A DNA stretch of 64,000 nucleotides from NCBI GenBank assembly GCA_965116885.1, contig OZ220741.1, positions 2,144,001 to 2,208,000 on the forward strand, in the 5' to 3' direction. The DNA comes from Candidatus Latescibacterota bacterium. Lineage in GTDB: Bacteria; Latescibacterota; UBA2968. Below, piece after piece: positions 10,230-22,208 of the stretch. The position numbers were made by a program, and so were the translations under genes. Below the pieces are notes generated by a model, which worked only from the letters and a program-made list of their open reading frames with translations, was not told the origin of the DNA and made no database searches. Position 1 is the first letter of the stretch. Each line of letters opens with the position of its first letter.

Positions 10230-10718
10230 ATGTCTGAACAGTTGGAAGTGAAACTCGGAATATTGCTTCGAGAACGAGGCTGGACCATTGCAGTTGCAGA
10301 GACCACAACAGGGGGGGTGATCAGCGCCCGCATTGTTTCGGTTCCGGGCAGTTCGGCTTATTACGAGCGGGGGGTTATTGCGTATAGCGCGTTGTCTAAA
10401 CGCGAGATGCTGGGGATAGATGTGCAGGTGATGGATACTTATGGTGCAGTGAGTGCAGAAGCCGCGCGCGCAATGGCTAAAGGTGTGAGAAAGGTGAGTG
10501 GTGCAGATTTGGGTCTGGCCGAGACCGGGATCGCAGGCCCCATTCTCGGTCGGTCGCCCAAGCCCATCGGTACGGCGTATATCGCACTTGCCAGTGCAGA
10601 AGGTGTGGTGTGTAGAGATTTTCGGTTTGATGGGGATCGCGATGAGATACGCAATGCGATAGCAGATGCTGCCCTGCAGATGGTGATTGAGGCGGGAAAA
10701 AAAGCAATTGATAACTGA
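10230..10718 (+). CDS. CinA C-terminal domain protein (NMN deamidase PncC-like)
   Basis: AVAETTTGG, VPGSSAY, GAVS, TGIAGP. Confidence 0.88.
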   Translation: MSEQLEVKLGILLRERGWTIAVAETTTGGVISARIVSVPGSSAYYERGVIAYSALSKREMLGIDVQVMDTYGAVSAEAARAMAKGVRKVSGADLGLAETGIAGPILGRSPKPIGTAYIALASAEGVVCRDFRFDGDRDEIRNAIADAALQMVIEAGKKAIDN

Positions 10719-10798
10719 TAACTTGCTTTTTTGCGCGTTCAGCCGTATTTTCAGTGCCCTGTGCGATGTTCAATAAGTTCTGGGGTTTGGAGGTTTGT

Positions 10799-11149
10799 AT
10801 GAGAATTTCGGAAAAAATCCGCGGGGATGTCGCTGTCTTAACCCTGTCGGGTGAATTGATGAGCGGTCCCGAGGTTGCCCCGTTCCAAGATCATATTAAG
10901 AAACTTGCAAATGAGGGCGTAAAAAAAGTGGTGGTTGATTTTTCCAGGGTGCGATGGTTTGGCAGTGCCATGTTAGGCGTGCTAACGGCGAGTTTGACGA
11001 CGCTGCGCGGTGAAGGCGGCGATTTGAGATTGACGGGTGTTACCAGGAAGATTGAAAGTATTTTGATGGTTACTCAGTTGGCAAATATTTTTAAGACCCT
11101 GGATACGGTAGATCGAGCTGTGGAAAGTTTTTCAGATCAGGATGCATAG
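10799..11149 (+). CDS. STAS-domain anti-sigma factor antagonist
   Basis: LSGEL, VVVDFSRVRWFGSAMLG, GGDLRL; GGAGG RBS. Confidence 0.88.
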   Translation: MRISEKIRGDVAVLTLSGELMSGPEVAPFQDHIKKLANEGVKKVVVDFSRVRWFGSAMLGVLTASLTTLRGEGGDLRLTGVTRKIESILMVTQLANIFKTLDTVDRAVESFSDQDA

Positions 11150-11210
11150 AGATTTTTGTACATTGTGGACTGAGCAACGTCCGATTTTTGAAGAGCTGTT
11201 TGCCAAATTG

Positions 11211-11576
11211 ATGAGAGTCAAAGTTGACATTCGCGACCAGGTTGCGATTATAACTGTATCGGGTACCCTTATGAGTGGTCCTACGGTCGTTCCTTTTCAG
11301 CACTATGTCGAAGAGGTCATGGCCGATGGCATTACCAATGTCGTGGTCGATTTTTCCAGAGTGAAGTGGTTTGGCAGCACGATGTTGGGCGTGTTAGCGG
11401 TCAGCCTGGAGATGTTGAGAAATGCTGGAGGTGATCTCAGGTTGGCTGGCATTGCAAATCGGATGGAGAGTTTGATGATGGTCGGAAAGTTGTCGTCACA
11501 TTTTCGCACGTTGGAATCGGTTGACGCGGCTATCGAAAGCTTTGTATCCGACCCGCCGGGGAGACGGGAAACATAA
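11211..11576 (+). CDS. STAS-domain anti-sigma factor antagonist (paralog of upstream gene)
   Basis: VVVDFSRVKWFGSTMLG, GGDLRL; aligns end to end with 10799-11149. Confidence 0.85.
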   Translation: MRVKVDIRDQVAIITVSGTLMSGPTVVPFQHYVEEVMADGITNVVVDFSRVKWFGSTMLGVLAVSLEMLRNAGGDLRLAGIANRMESLMMVGKLSSHFRTLESVDAAIESFVSDPPGRRET

Positions 11577-11614
11577 ATCGTTCCAAACTATCATCGTGTA
11601 TTTCGTTCATAAAA

Positions 11615-11650
11615 AAGGGGTGCGATTATATCGCAATCCCTTCTTCTTTT
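11615..11650 (+). terminator. Putative intrinsic terminator
   Basis: aaggggtgcgat-tat-atcgcaatccctt hairpin followed by cttctttt. Confidence 0.5.
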
Positions 11651-11727
11651 GGGAAGAAAATACCTCAAAGTATTTTAGCCCCATCGGTCCGGCGATGAGA
11701 CTATATCATTGAAAGGAGACACATCGT

Positions 11728-13857
11728 ATGTTGCATCGTATGATTCCCCCAGCACTGATTTTTCTATGTGCTTTTGTACAGTGCAGCGAAAAACAACCCG
11801 TACCTACACCCAAATACACCGGCGACCTTCCGCAATTGCAGGATCGCGGCGCATTGCGGGTGATTGTCCGTCCAGATCCGATTACCTATATGCCTCGGCA
11901 GGCGGATCCAGTGACGCTCAACTACGATATCGCTCGTGGCTTAGCCGAATCACTCAAGCTGAATCTGGAGATTGTAAAGGTCACAAGTTATTCACAGATG
12001 ATGGAGAAATTGCTGACAGGCGAGGGCGATATTGTCGCTTCCAGCCTGACAATTACGCCAGAGCGGAAAGCGCGTGCGGCGTTTTCAGTGCCATATCTCT
12101 ACGTGGATGAATATCTGGTTACGGCGTCTGGTGATAGTTTGCCCGAGAAGATTGCAGATCTCGCCGGTATGGCGATCAGCGTGCGGCAGTCCAGTTCGTA
12201 CTATCAGACCCTGGTCAAAATTCAGCAACAGGTTCCGTCCTTGAACATCCACACTGTACCGGAAACGCTCAGTATCGAGAACTTGCTGGAAGGGGTTGCA
12301 AGCGGCAAATACGCAGCGACCGTATCCGACGCGCATTTGTGGCACGCCTTGTCTGGCTATTACGACAATTTGGTCACGCCGATAGTACTGGCTGAAGATC
12401 GTCCACTCGCCCTGATGATGCGCCCAAACGATGCAAAGCTCAAGGTCGCGGTGGATGAGTATTTGTTGGCGCATCAATTTACGCGGCATCGTCAGCAGGA
12501 ATTTACCGATGATCTACCCGGTTTGAAGGAACGCCGCCGGTTGCGGATGATTACGCGCAATAATGCGATGACTTATTTTATTTACCGGGGACAGCAAATA
12601 GGGTTTGAATACGAGCTTATAAAGCGATTTGCCTCGGAACACGATCTGCGTCTTGAAATTGTCATTCCGGACAGTCACGCCGAACTGTTGCCGTATTTAA
12701 ATGGAGGCAAGGGCGATGTCGTGGCTTCGGCGATGACTATTACTGAGGAACGGCAAGAGCAGGCCGCGTTTACGCTACCCTATAATGAAGTGAATGAACT
12801 GGTGGTGGTGCATGCGGATGACGATTCGATTGCCAGCCTTCAGGATCTGGCTGGACGGACGATACATGTGCGCGCGAGTTCTTCGTTTTATACGACGCTG
12901 ATGGCGTTGCGGGATTCCGTCGAAGGTCTCGAGATTGCCATAGTGCCCGATGACGTAGAAACCGAAGATATTTTAGCTGGAGTTGAAGAGGGTATTTATG
13001 ACCTCACGATGTGCGATTCCCATTTGCTCGATATAGAACGCGCGTATGGTCGCCGCCTCAAAGCCGCTTTGAGTATAAAGCCCACGGCACTGGGCTGGGC
13101 GGTTCGCAAGGACAATTCAGAATTGCTGGCGGCATTGAACGAATATATAAAAGAAGAAAAAGGCGGCTTGTTTTTTAATATGATGAAAAAGAGGTATTTT
13201 AAGAGCACGCGCGCTGTTGCCAGAGCCAAAGATTCAATGCGGGTCGGGCTGAGCGGTCAGTTGTCGCCTTATGATGATCTGGCAAAAAAATACGCCTCTC
13301 AATACGGGCAGGACTGGCGTCTGATTACCGCACAGATGTACCAGGAATCCAAATTCGATCCAGAGGCCGTTAGCTGGGTCGGCGCGCAGGGGCTGATGCA
13401 GGTGATGCCGAGTACGGGAGAGGAGTTGGGATTCACCGATCTTCATGAACCCCAGGTGGGTATTCACGCCGGGGTCAAGTATATGCGTCAGCTTATCAAC
13501 AGGTTTGATCACAATCTGCCGATGGAAGAGCGGATTCGCTTTGCGCTGGCTTCTTATAATGTGGGGTACGGGCATGTGCTCGATGCCCGCCGCCTGGCGC
13601 GAGAAATGGGCTGGGATCCCAACCGCTGGTTTGGCAATGTGGAAAAGGCGATGCGCTTGCTGTCCCAACCGGACTATTACGAGCGGGCGCGATACGGTTT
13701 CTGCCGTGGCGGTCAACCCGTACACTATGTGGAAAATATTCAGAATTTCTACGATGCTTATGTCGAAATACTGAATACGGCGATACCTGCGAAGGTGACA
13801 CAGCCGCTTAGTTCGGGCTTCGTAGGCCCTCCGTCTGCTGTAGAAGATCGTCGTTGA
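11728..13857 (+). CDS. MltF-like lytic transglycosylase with two tandem substrate-binding domains
   Basis: Two SBP_bac_3-like units (GDIVASSLTITPER; GDVVASAMTITEER), then SLT domain (YQESKF, GAQGLMQ, ALASYNVG). Confidence 0.88.
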   Translation: MLHRMIPPALIFLCAFVQCSEKQPVPTPKYTGDLPQLQDRGALRVIVRPDPITYMPRQADPVTLNYDIARGLAESLKLNLEIVKVTSYSQMMEKLLTGEGDIVASSLTITPERKARAAFSVPYLYVDEYLVTASGDSLPEKIADLAGMAISVRQSSSYYQTLVKIQQQVPSLNIHTVPETLSIENLLEGVASGKYAATVSDAHLWHALSGYYDNLVTPIVLAEDRPLALMMRPNDAKLKVAVDEYLLAHQFTRHRQQEFTDDLPGLKERRRLRMITRNNAMTYFIYRGQQIGFEYELIKRFASEHDLRLEIVIPDSHAELLPYLNGGKGDVVASAMTITEERQEQAAFTLPYNEVNELVVVHADDDSIASLQDLAGRTIHVRASSSFYTTLMALRDSVEGLEIAIVPDDVETEDILAGVEEGIYDLTMCDSHLLDIERAYGRRLKAALSIKPTALGWAVRKDNSELLAALNEYIKEEKGGLFFNMMKKRYFKSTRAVARAKDSMRVGLSGQLSPYDDLAKKYASQYGQDWRLITAQMYQESKFDPEAVSWVGAQGLMQVMPSTGEELGFTDLHEPQVGIHAGVKYMRQLINRFDHNLPMEERIRFALASYNVGYGHVLDARRLAREMGWDPNRWFGNVEKAMRLLSQPDYYERARYGFCRGGQPVHYVENIQNFYDAYVEILNTAIPAKVTQPLSSGFVGPPSAVEDRR

Positions 13858-13873
13858 GTCTGCATTCCTTATT

Positions 13874-13921
13874 AAAACAGGTATTGCTCAAAAGATAGAG
13901 CAATACCTGTTCTTTTTTTTT
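13874..13921. terminator. Probable bidirectional terminator between convergent mltF-like and thiC
   Basis: aacaggtattgctc / gagcaatacctgtt 14-bp perfect stem, long T run on +, A run on the other side. Confidence 0.85.
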
Positions 13922-13923
13922 GC

Positions 13924-17141
<3,218 letters not shown>

Positions 17142-17144
17142 TCC

Positions 17145-17351
17145 ATGCTACTTACAGTGAATGGTCAAGAGCAATCAGTGGATGATGCATCAACGCTGCT
17201 CGATTTGCTGATTGAGATGAATTTTAATGCCGAACAAAAGGGTATTGCCGTGGCTGTAAATGCCGAGGTTATAGCGCGGGCGATGTGGTCAGATATGCGA
17301 TTGCACAATGGTGATCGGGTGGATATTATTCATGCGGTTCAGGGGGGGTAG
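17145..17351 (+). CDS. thiS: Sulfur carrier protein
   Basis: 68 aa, VNG start, AVAVN, C-terminal VQGG. Confidence 0.95.
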   Translation: MLLTVNGQEQSVDDASTLLDLLIEMNFNAEQKGIAVAVNAEVIARAMWSDMRLHNGDRVDIIHAVQGG

Positions 17352-17373
17352 TGGGAATAACAGTGAGGGTATT

Positions 17374-18150
17374 ATGACTGGCGATTTTAAGATGGCAGGC
17401 GTAACATATCGTTCACGGCTGTTGATAGGTACTGCGCATTATCCCAATATGCAGGTGATGCTGAAGTCCGTGGAAGCCAGTGGCGCAGAGATTGTAACGG
17501 TGGGCATTCGGCGGCTCAATATGAGTGACGAATCTGGCGAGGGTGTTCTCGATTTGCTCGACCGGTCGCGGTACACCATTTTGCCCAATACGGCCGGATG
17601 TTTTACAGCTCAAGACGCGGTGCTTACTGCGCGGTTGGCCCGCGAAGCGCTGGAGACCGATTTGATCAAGTTAGAGGTAATTGGGGATGAACGCACGTTG
17701 TTTCCGGATGTGGTGGGGTTGCTACAAGCAGCAGAGACCCTGGTGAATGATGGGTTTACTGTGTTGCCTTATTGCAATGATGATCCAATTACCTGCAAGA
17801 AGCTGGAAGATTTGGGGTGTGCTGCGGTGATGCCTCTGGGGGCACCCATTGGTTCGGGAATGGGGATTCGCAATCCGTACAATATTCAGATTATTCTGGA
17901 TTCGGTCAATGTGCCGGTTATTGTCGATGCGGGGGTGGGGACCGCATCGGATGCTGCTCTGGCGATGGAATTGGGTTGCGATGGTGTGTTGTTGAATACG
18001 GCGGTGGCAGGTGCTCGGCATCCGGTGAAGATGGCGATGGCAATGAAGAAGGGAGTTGAAGCCGGGCGGTTGGCTTTTGAAGCCGGGCGGATTCCGAGAA
18101 AGCTGTACGCAACGGCTTCGACGGCGATGGAAGGACGGGTGGAAATTTGA
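17374..18150 (+). CDS. thiG: Thiazole synthase
   Basis: [37 protein letters not shown]. Confidence 0.97.
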   Translation: MTGDFKMAGVTYRSRLLIGTAHYPNMQVMLKSVEASGAEIVTVGIRRLNMSDESGEGVLDLLDRSRYTILPNTAGCFTAQDAVLTARLAREALETDLIKLEVIGDERTLFPDVVGLLQAAETLVNDGFTVLPYCNDDPITCKKLEDLGCAAVMPLGAPIGSGMGIRNPYNIQIILDSVNVPVIVDAGVGTASDAALAMELGCDGVLLNTAVAGARHPVKMAMAMKKGVEAGRLAFEAGRIPRKLYATASTAMEGRVEI

Positions 18151-18761
18151 ATTCCTTGCCGCCTCTCTATCTGATTGCCGACCGGGCAACGTGCGGTGAT
18201 CGTCCAATGATGGATGTGCTCGCGCGTGCGCTGGATGCGGGGGTGCGGCTGGTGCAGTTGCGGGAAAAAGCACTGGATAGAGATGCATTAGAAGCTCTGG
18301 CTGAGCAGGTGTTGTCGCTGGTGGCGCGTTATGATGCGATGTTGTTGATTAACTCAGTAGCAGATATTGCCGTGCAGATGGGCGCGCAGGGTGTGCATTT
18401 GCCAGGTGGTGCATTGCCGCAGGCGGCCCGAGATCGGATCGGATCGTCATTTTTAATCGGTTATTCCACACATACCTGTGCGGAATTAGATTGCGCTGAT
18501 GGGGCAGATTTTGTCACTTATAGCCCCATTTTTACACCGGGCTCCAAACCCGGGTATGATGGTGTGGAAGCAGGGTTGGCGGGGTTGGCAAATGCGGTGG
18601 CGCATTCTCGCTTACCCGTTTACGCTCTGGGTGGAATTACACCTTCTCGCGCGGCCAGATGTCGCACGACGGGATGTGCGGGTGTCGCGGTGATGTCGGG
18701 TATTTTGGCGGCGAGAGATCCGGCTAAGGCGGTACGTGAATTTTTGAAGGTATGGGAATGA
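18147..18761 (+). CDS. Thiamine phosphate synthase family protein (TenI-like)
   Basis: VQLREK, GVHLP, SPIF..SKP, YALGGI; lacks the ND and GQ.D motifs of active ThiE. Confidence 0.75.
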   Translation: MNSLPPLYLIADRATCGDRPMMDVLARALDAGVRLVQLREKALDRDALEALAEQVLSLVARYDAMLLINSVADIAVQMGAQGVHLPGGALPQAARDRIGSSFLIGYSTHTCAELDCADGADFVTYSPIFTPGSKPGYDGVEAGLAGLANAVAHSRLPVYALGGITPSRAARCRTTGCAGVAVMSGILAARDPAKAVREFLKVWE

Positions 18762-19552
18762 AACAAGCCCTGACAATTGCGGGTTCGGATTCCGGCGGCG
18801 GCGCGGGCATTCAGGCGGATTTGAAAACATTCCACGCCCATGACGTATTTGGTCTGTCTGCGATTACATCGGTTACTGCTCAAAATACGCAAGAGGTGCG
18901 TGCGGCTTGTGATTTGTCCGAAGAGATTATCCGCGCTCAGATAAGTGCCGTGTTTGACGATTTTGAAATTGCTGCGGTCAAGACGGGGATGTTGTCTTTG
19001 CGTGCGATTGTAGAGGCTGTGGCCGATGAGTTGACAACTCGCAATGGGCAACCGCTCGTGGTCGATCCGGTGATGATTTCGACGAGTGGATTTTCGTTGC
19101 TCAGGGATGATGCCATACAATGTATCACGGACCGTTTGTTGCCGCTCGCTGCGTTGGTGACGCCGAATATCCCTGAAGCAGAATTGTTGATTCAGAGAAA
19201 AATAAAAACGCGAGAAGATGCCGGTTTTGCTGCGCGCAAAATTGCCGATTTGGGCAGGTGTGCCGTGCTGGTGAAGGGGGGACATTTGGAGGGCACTGCG
19301 GTGGATGTGTTGTGGGATGGGGCGTGTGAAACGATTTTTGAAGGTGAGCGCATTGATACCGGAAATACACACGGGACGGGTTGTACACTGGCATCGGCGA
19401 TAGCGGCTAATTTTGCGTTGGGATACGGGTTGTGCGACGCGATAGATAGAGCAAAAAATTATGTTACAGAAGCTATCCGGCATGGCTTGGATATTGGCAA
19501 AGGTAGCGGTCCTACAAATCATTTTTATTTTTTAGACTGTACTGAACGCTGA
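18758..19552 (+). CDS. thiD: Hydroxymethylpyrimidine/phosphomethylpyrimidine kinase
   Basis: LTIAGSDSGGGAGIQAD, VKTGML, VVDPVM, THGTGCT. Confidence 0.97.
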   Translation: MKQALTIAGSDSGGGAGIQADLKTFHAHDVFGLSAITSVTAQNTQEVRAACDLSEEIIRAQISAVFDDFEIAAVKTGMLSLRAIVEAVADELTTRNGQPLVVDPVMISTSGFSLLRDDAIQCITDRLLPLAALVTPNIPEAELLIQRKIKTREDAGFAARKIADLGRCAVLVKGGHLEGTAVDVLWDGACETIFEGERIDTGNTHGTGCTLASAIAANFALGYGLCDAIDRAKNYVTEAIRHGLDIGKGSGPTNHFYFLDCTER

Positions 19553-19581
19553 GTACGGGCGGGTTTGAAACCCGCCCCTTC
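19553..19581 (+). repeat. REP-like palindrome (GTAG family, degenerate)
   Basis: gtacGGGCGGGTTTgAAACCCGCCCcttc. Confidence 0.75.
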
Positions 19582-19585
19582 TAAT

Positions 19586-20197
19586 ATGAAAAAAATTGGC
19601 AGACTTCACGTCATAACCGATGTTGTTTTGCAAGATCGCTTTTCACACGTAGCGCTGGCACAAATGGCTGTCGCTGGAGGAGCGGATACCATTCAGTTTC
19701 GACAAAAAGAGGGTTCGACGCGCGCGTTGGTTGAGACGGCTATTGCCGTGAAGCATGCGTGTGGCGATGTGCCTTTGATTGTGAATGATCGGGTTGATGT
19801 GGCGATTGCCTCAGAGGCCGATGGGGTGCATTTGGGACAAGATGACTTTCCCATTGAAAAGGCGCGCGACCTGCTCGGTGAAGATGCGGTGATTGGCGGT
19901 ACGGCAAAGACGCTTTCACAGGCGCGTCAGTGCATTGCCGAAGGTGCGGATTACATCGGTTTTGGACCGATTTATGCAACGGGTTCAAAAGCTGATGCGG
20001 GGCTGGTGAAAGGTCTGGAAGGCTTGCGCGAGATGGCCAATGGGGTCAATATCCCGATTATCGCCATTGGGGGTATTGGGATAGAAAATGCTGGCGAGGT
20101 GATGCGCGCAGGGGCGCACGGTATTGCGGTGATTTCAGCCGTGTGTTGTCAACCCGATCCCACTGAAGCGACCCAAAGGTTGATGGATCAAATATAG
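19586..20197 (+). CDS. thiE: Thiamine phosphate synthase
   Basis: QFRQK, IVNDRVD, GVHLGQDD, GPIYATGSK, AIGGI, AVISA. Confidence 0.93.
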   Translation: MKKIGRLHVITDVVLQDRFSHVALAQMAVAGGADTIQFRQKEGSTRALVETAIAVKHACGDVPLIVNDRVDVAIASEADGVHLGQDDFPIEKARDLLGEDAVIGGTAKTLSQARQCIAEGADYIGFGPIYATGSKADAGLVKGLEGLREMANGVNIPIIAIGGIGIENAGEVMRAGAHGIAVISAVCCQPDPTEATQRLMDQI

Positions 20198-20205
20198 GTA
20201 CGATT

Positions 20206-22194
20206 TTGTCTAAAAGCCATTTGATTATTCACACGCTAATTCTGGTCCCGATTTTTGCGGGGTGTCAGCCTGGCGAACAGGTGACGGTTTCGGGTGCGGT
20301 TGCAAAGCCGGGGACTTATGTCTATCAGCCCGACAAATCGGCGAACAGTTATCTCGAAGAAGCTGGTGGGATGACGGAAGAAGCACTCTCTGATAGTGCA
20401 TATCTGGTTCGCGGGTTGGTTGACTCTTCTGGCAAAAAGATAATCAAGAGTGTGACGATTCCCCTGTCGGAATATCCAGAAGTTTTGCCCGATGATGTGA
20501 TTAAAGTGCCAGCCCGTGTTTATAATGTGCGATTGGATACGGTTCGCGTTTTGCGCAATGTCCGATTGGTTCAGGAGAATCGGATTCTCAAAATTCCCGC
20601 AGGTGCTCTGGTGTCTGGGTGGACAGAGCGCGGCGTGCTGGTGGCGTTGTTACTTGGGCGCGGAAAAATTTACGAGATGGCTGATACCACGAAGGCAGTA
20701 TGGGCTTTTCATTACTTATACGTTCATTTGCACCCCGATGAATACGGCCGCCTGAGGGGTTTTGCAGGAGATGTGATTGACAGTTTGGAGGCTCTGGAAG
20801 ATGCATATGCCATCCATACACGTACCAGAACGCAGTTGGATTATGTGCGCCCTGGAGGGTTACAGCTTCCGGACACGGGTTATTGGCGCGTGTTGCTGGG
20901 GATTTTGCTAACGCCCAGGAGTGCATCTTTTCCGGGTAAGGGATTGCGCCGGCGTCGCTTTGAGGATGGGCGGGTGTGGACGACTTTTCCCAGTGGGCGA
21001 CAGCGCTGGCAGTATCCCGATGGGCGGGTGGAGGTGATATTTCCCGGGGGTATGAAAGAAATTCGATTTCCCGATGGGCGGGTTGTATCTGGCTATGAAC
21101 AGCAGGTGTCTCGCTTGAAAGATGAGTCTGCGGTTCGCAATGGTGTAGCCAGCGGCGCGATGGAGGAACGCACTTCGGAAAGGGTGACGGGGATTTCGGC
21201 AGGGGTAATATCCGATGGCACTATAGTAACCCGCAAAAAAGAGGGAAATGAACCTGCCATTCAGTCCGATGGGTATATGATTGTGAAAGGGGTGGATGGT
21301 TCAGTTCGGGAAACATTTCCCGATGGGCGAATTTTGCATCGCAGTGGAACCGGGTATCAAGTGGAGATTTTCCCCGATGGGCGAGAGATTGAGAGCAATC
21401 GCTTTGGGCAAAAGATCACCTCGTGGCCCGATGGTCGAAAAGAAGTGCGAATGCCGGTCGCATACAGTTATCCCGGTCCGTTGCGAACAGATCTCGCGGT
21501 GGTCAATCCGCTTCCAGACTCGGTTGCTGTAGGTGAAGAACTGACGGTTACAGGGCAGTTACACAGCGAGGTGGAAGATATATCTATCTCAGCCTTTCTT
21601 GCGCCCGATGGCAATGTGATCAAAGGGGCTGTGCGAAGGCAGGGGCGGCGGTTTCAGGCGCGGTTTCGGTTTGGGGAGGTAGGACATTGTCGCGTACAGG
21701 TCCAGGTTGTCCTGCCCAGGGCGCGCACCTTTGCGGTTTCGCACCAGGCGGTGGTTGTTGGCAATCCCGAGAAGTTAGAAGATGAAGTTTTGACAATAGC
21801 CCCCTATCCGGGGGATGAGGGGGCTGAACGATTTTTGATTGATCAAATTAATGCGGCGCGAAGGCGGATTGGATGTCAGGCGGTCCTTCCACATCCCAAT
21901 TTGATGCATGTGGCGCGCATCCGCCTCGAGGAAATGTTGGCTTTGGGTGAGGTATCCCACTTTTCTTTCGGGGGCTTGGATGTGATGTGGCATGTAACCA
22001 CCCGACGCTTGCCATTTTTCCAGGTGAGCGAAAATGTGGCAAACGGATATTTTGTCGAAACGATGCAGGCAAGTTGGATGTTAAGTGCGAGCCATCGTTC
22101 AAATATATTGGCGAGACACTGGACACATGTGGGGGTAGCTGTGGCAAAAGATAGGGGCATGGTGTGGGGTGTTCAGGTGTTTGCACGGCAATAA
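20206..22194 (+). CDS. Multidomain putative lipoprotein: SLBB domain, 9-aa PDG repeats, Ig-like domain, C-terminal CAP/SCP domain
   Basis: IFAGC lipobox; VTVSGAVAKPG..AGG (SLBB); repeated FPDGR; INAAR...SH...ENVA...WMLSASHRSNIL...VGVAV (CAP). Confidence 0.7.
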   Translation: MSKSHLIIHTLILVPIFAGCQPGEQVTVSGAVAKPGTYVYQPDKSANSYLEEAGGMTEEALSDSAYLVRGLVDSSGKKIIKSVTIPLSEYPEVLPDDVIKVPARVYNVRLDTVRVLRNVRLVQENRILKIPAGALVSGWTERGVLVALLLGRGKIYEMADTTKAVWAFHYLYVHLHPDEYGRLRGFAGDVIDSLEALEDAYAIHTRTRTQLDYVRPGGLQLPDTGYWRVLLGILLTPRSASFPGKGLRRRRFEDGRVWTTFPSGRQRWQYPDGRVEVIFPGGMKEIRFPDGRVVSGYEQQVSRLKDESAVRNGVASGAMEERTSERVTGISAGVISDGTIVTRKKEGNEPAIQSDGYMIVKGVDGSVRETFPDGRILHRSGTGYQVEIFPDGREIESNRFGQKITSWPDGRKEVRMPVAYSYPGPLRTDLAVVNPLPDSVAVGEELTVTGQLHSEVEDISISAFLAPDGNVIKGAVRRQGRRFQARFRFGEVGHCRVQVQVVLPRARTFAVSHQAVVVGNPEKLEDEVLTIAPYPGDEGAERFLIDQINAARRRIGCQAVLPHPNLMHVARIRLEEMLALGEVSHFSFGGLDVMWHVTTRRLPFFQVSENVANGYFVETMQASWMLSASHRSNILARHWTHVGVAVAKDRGMVWGVQVFARQ

Positions 22195-22208
22195 AAGAGA
22201 GGTTTGGT

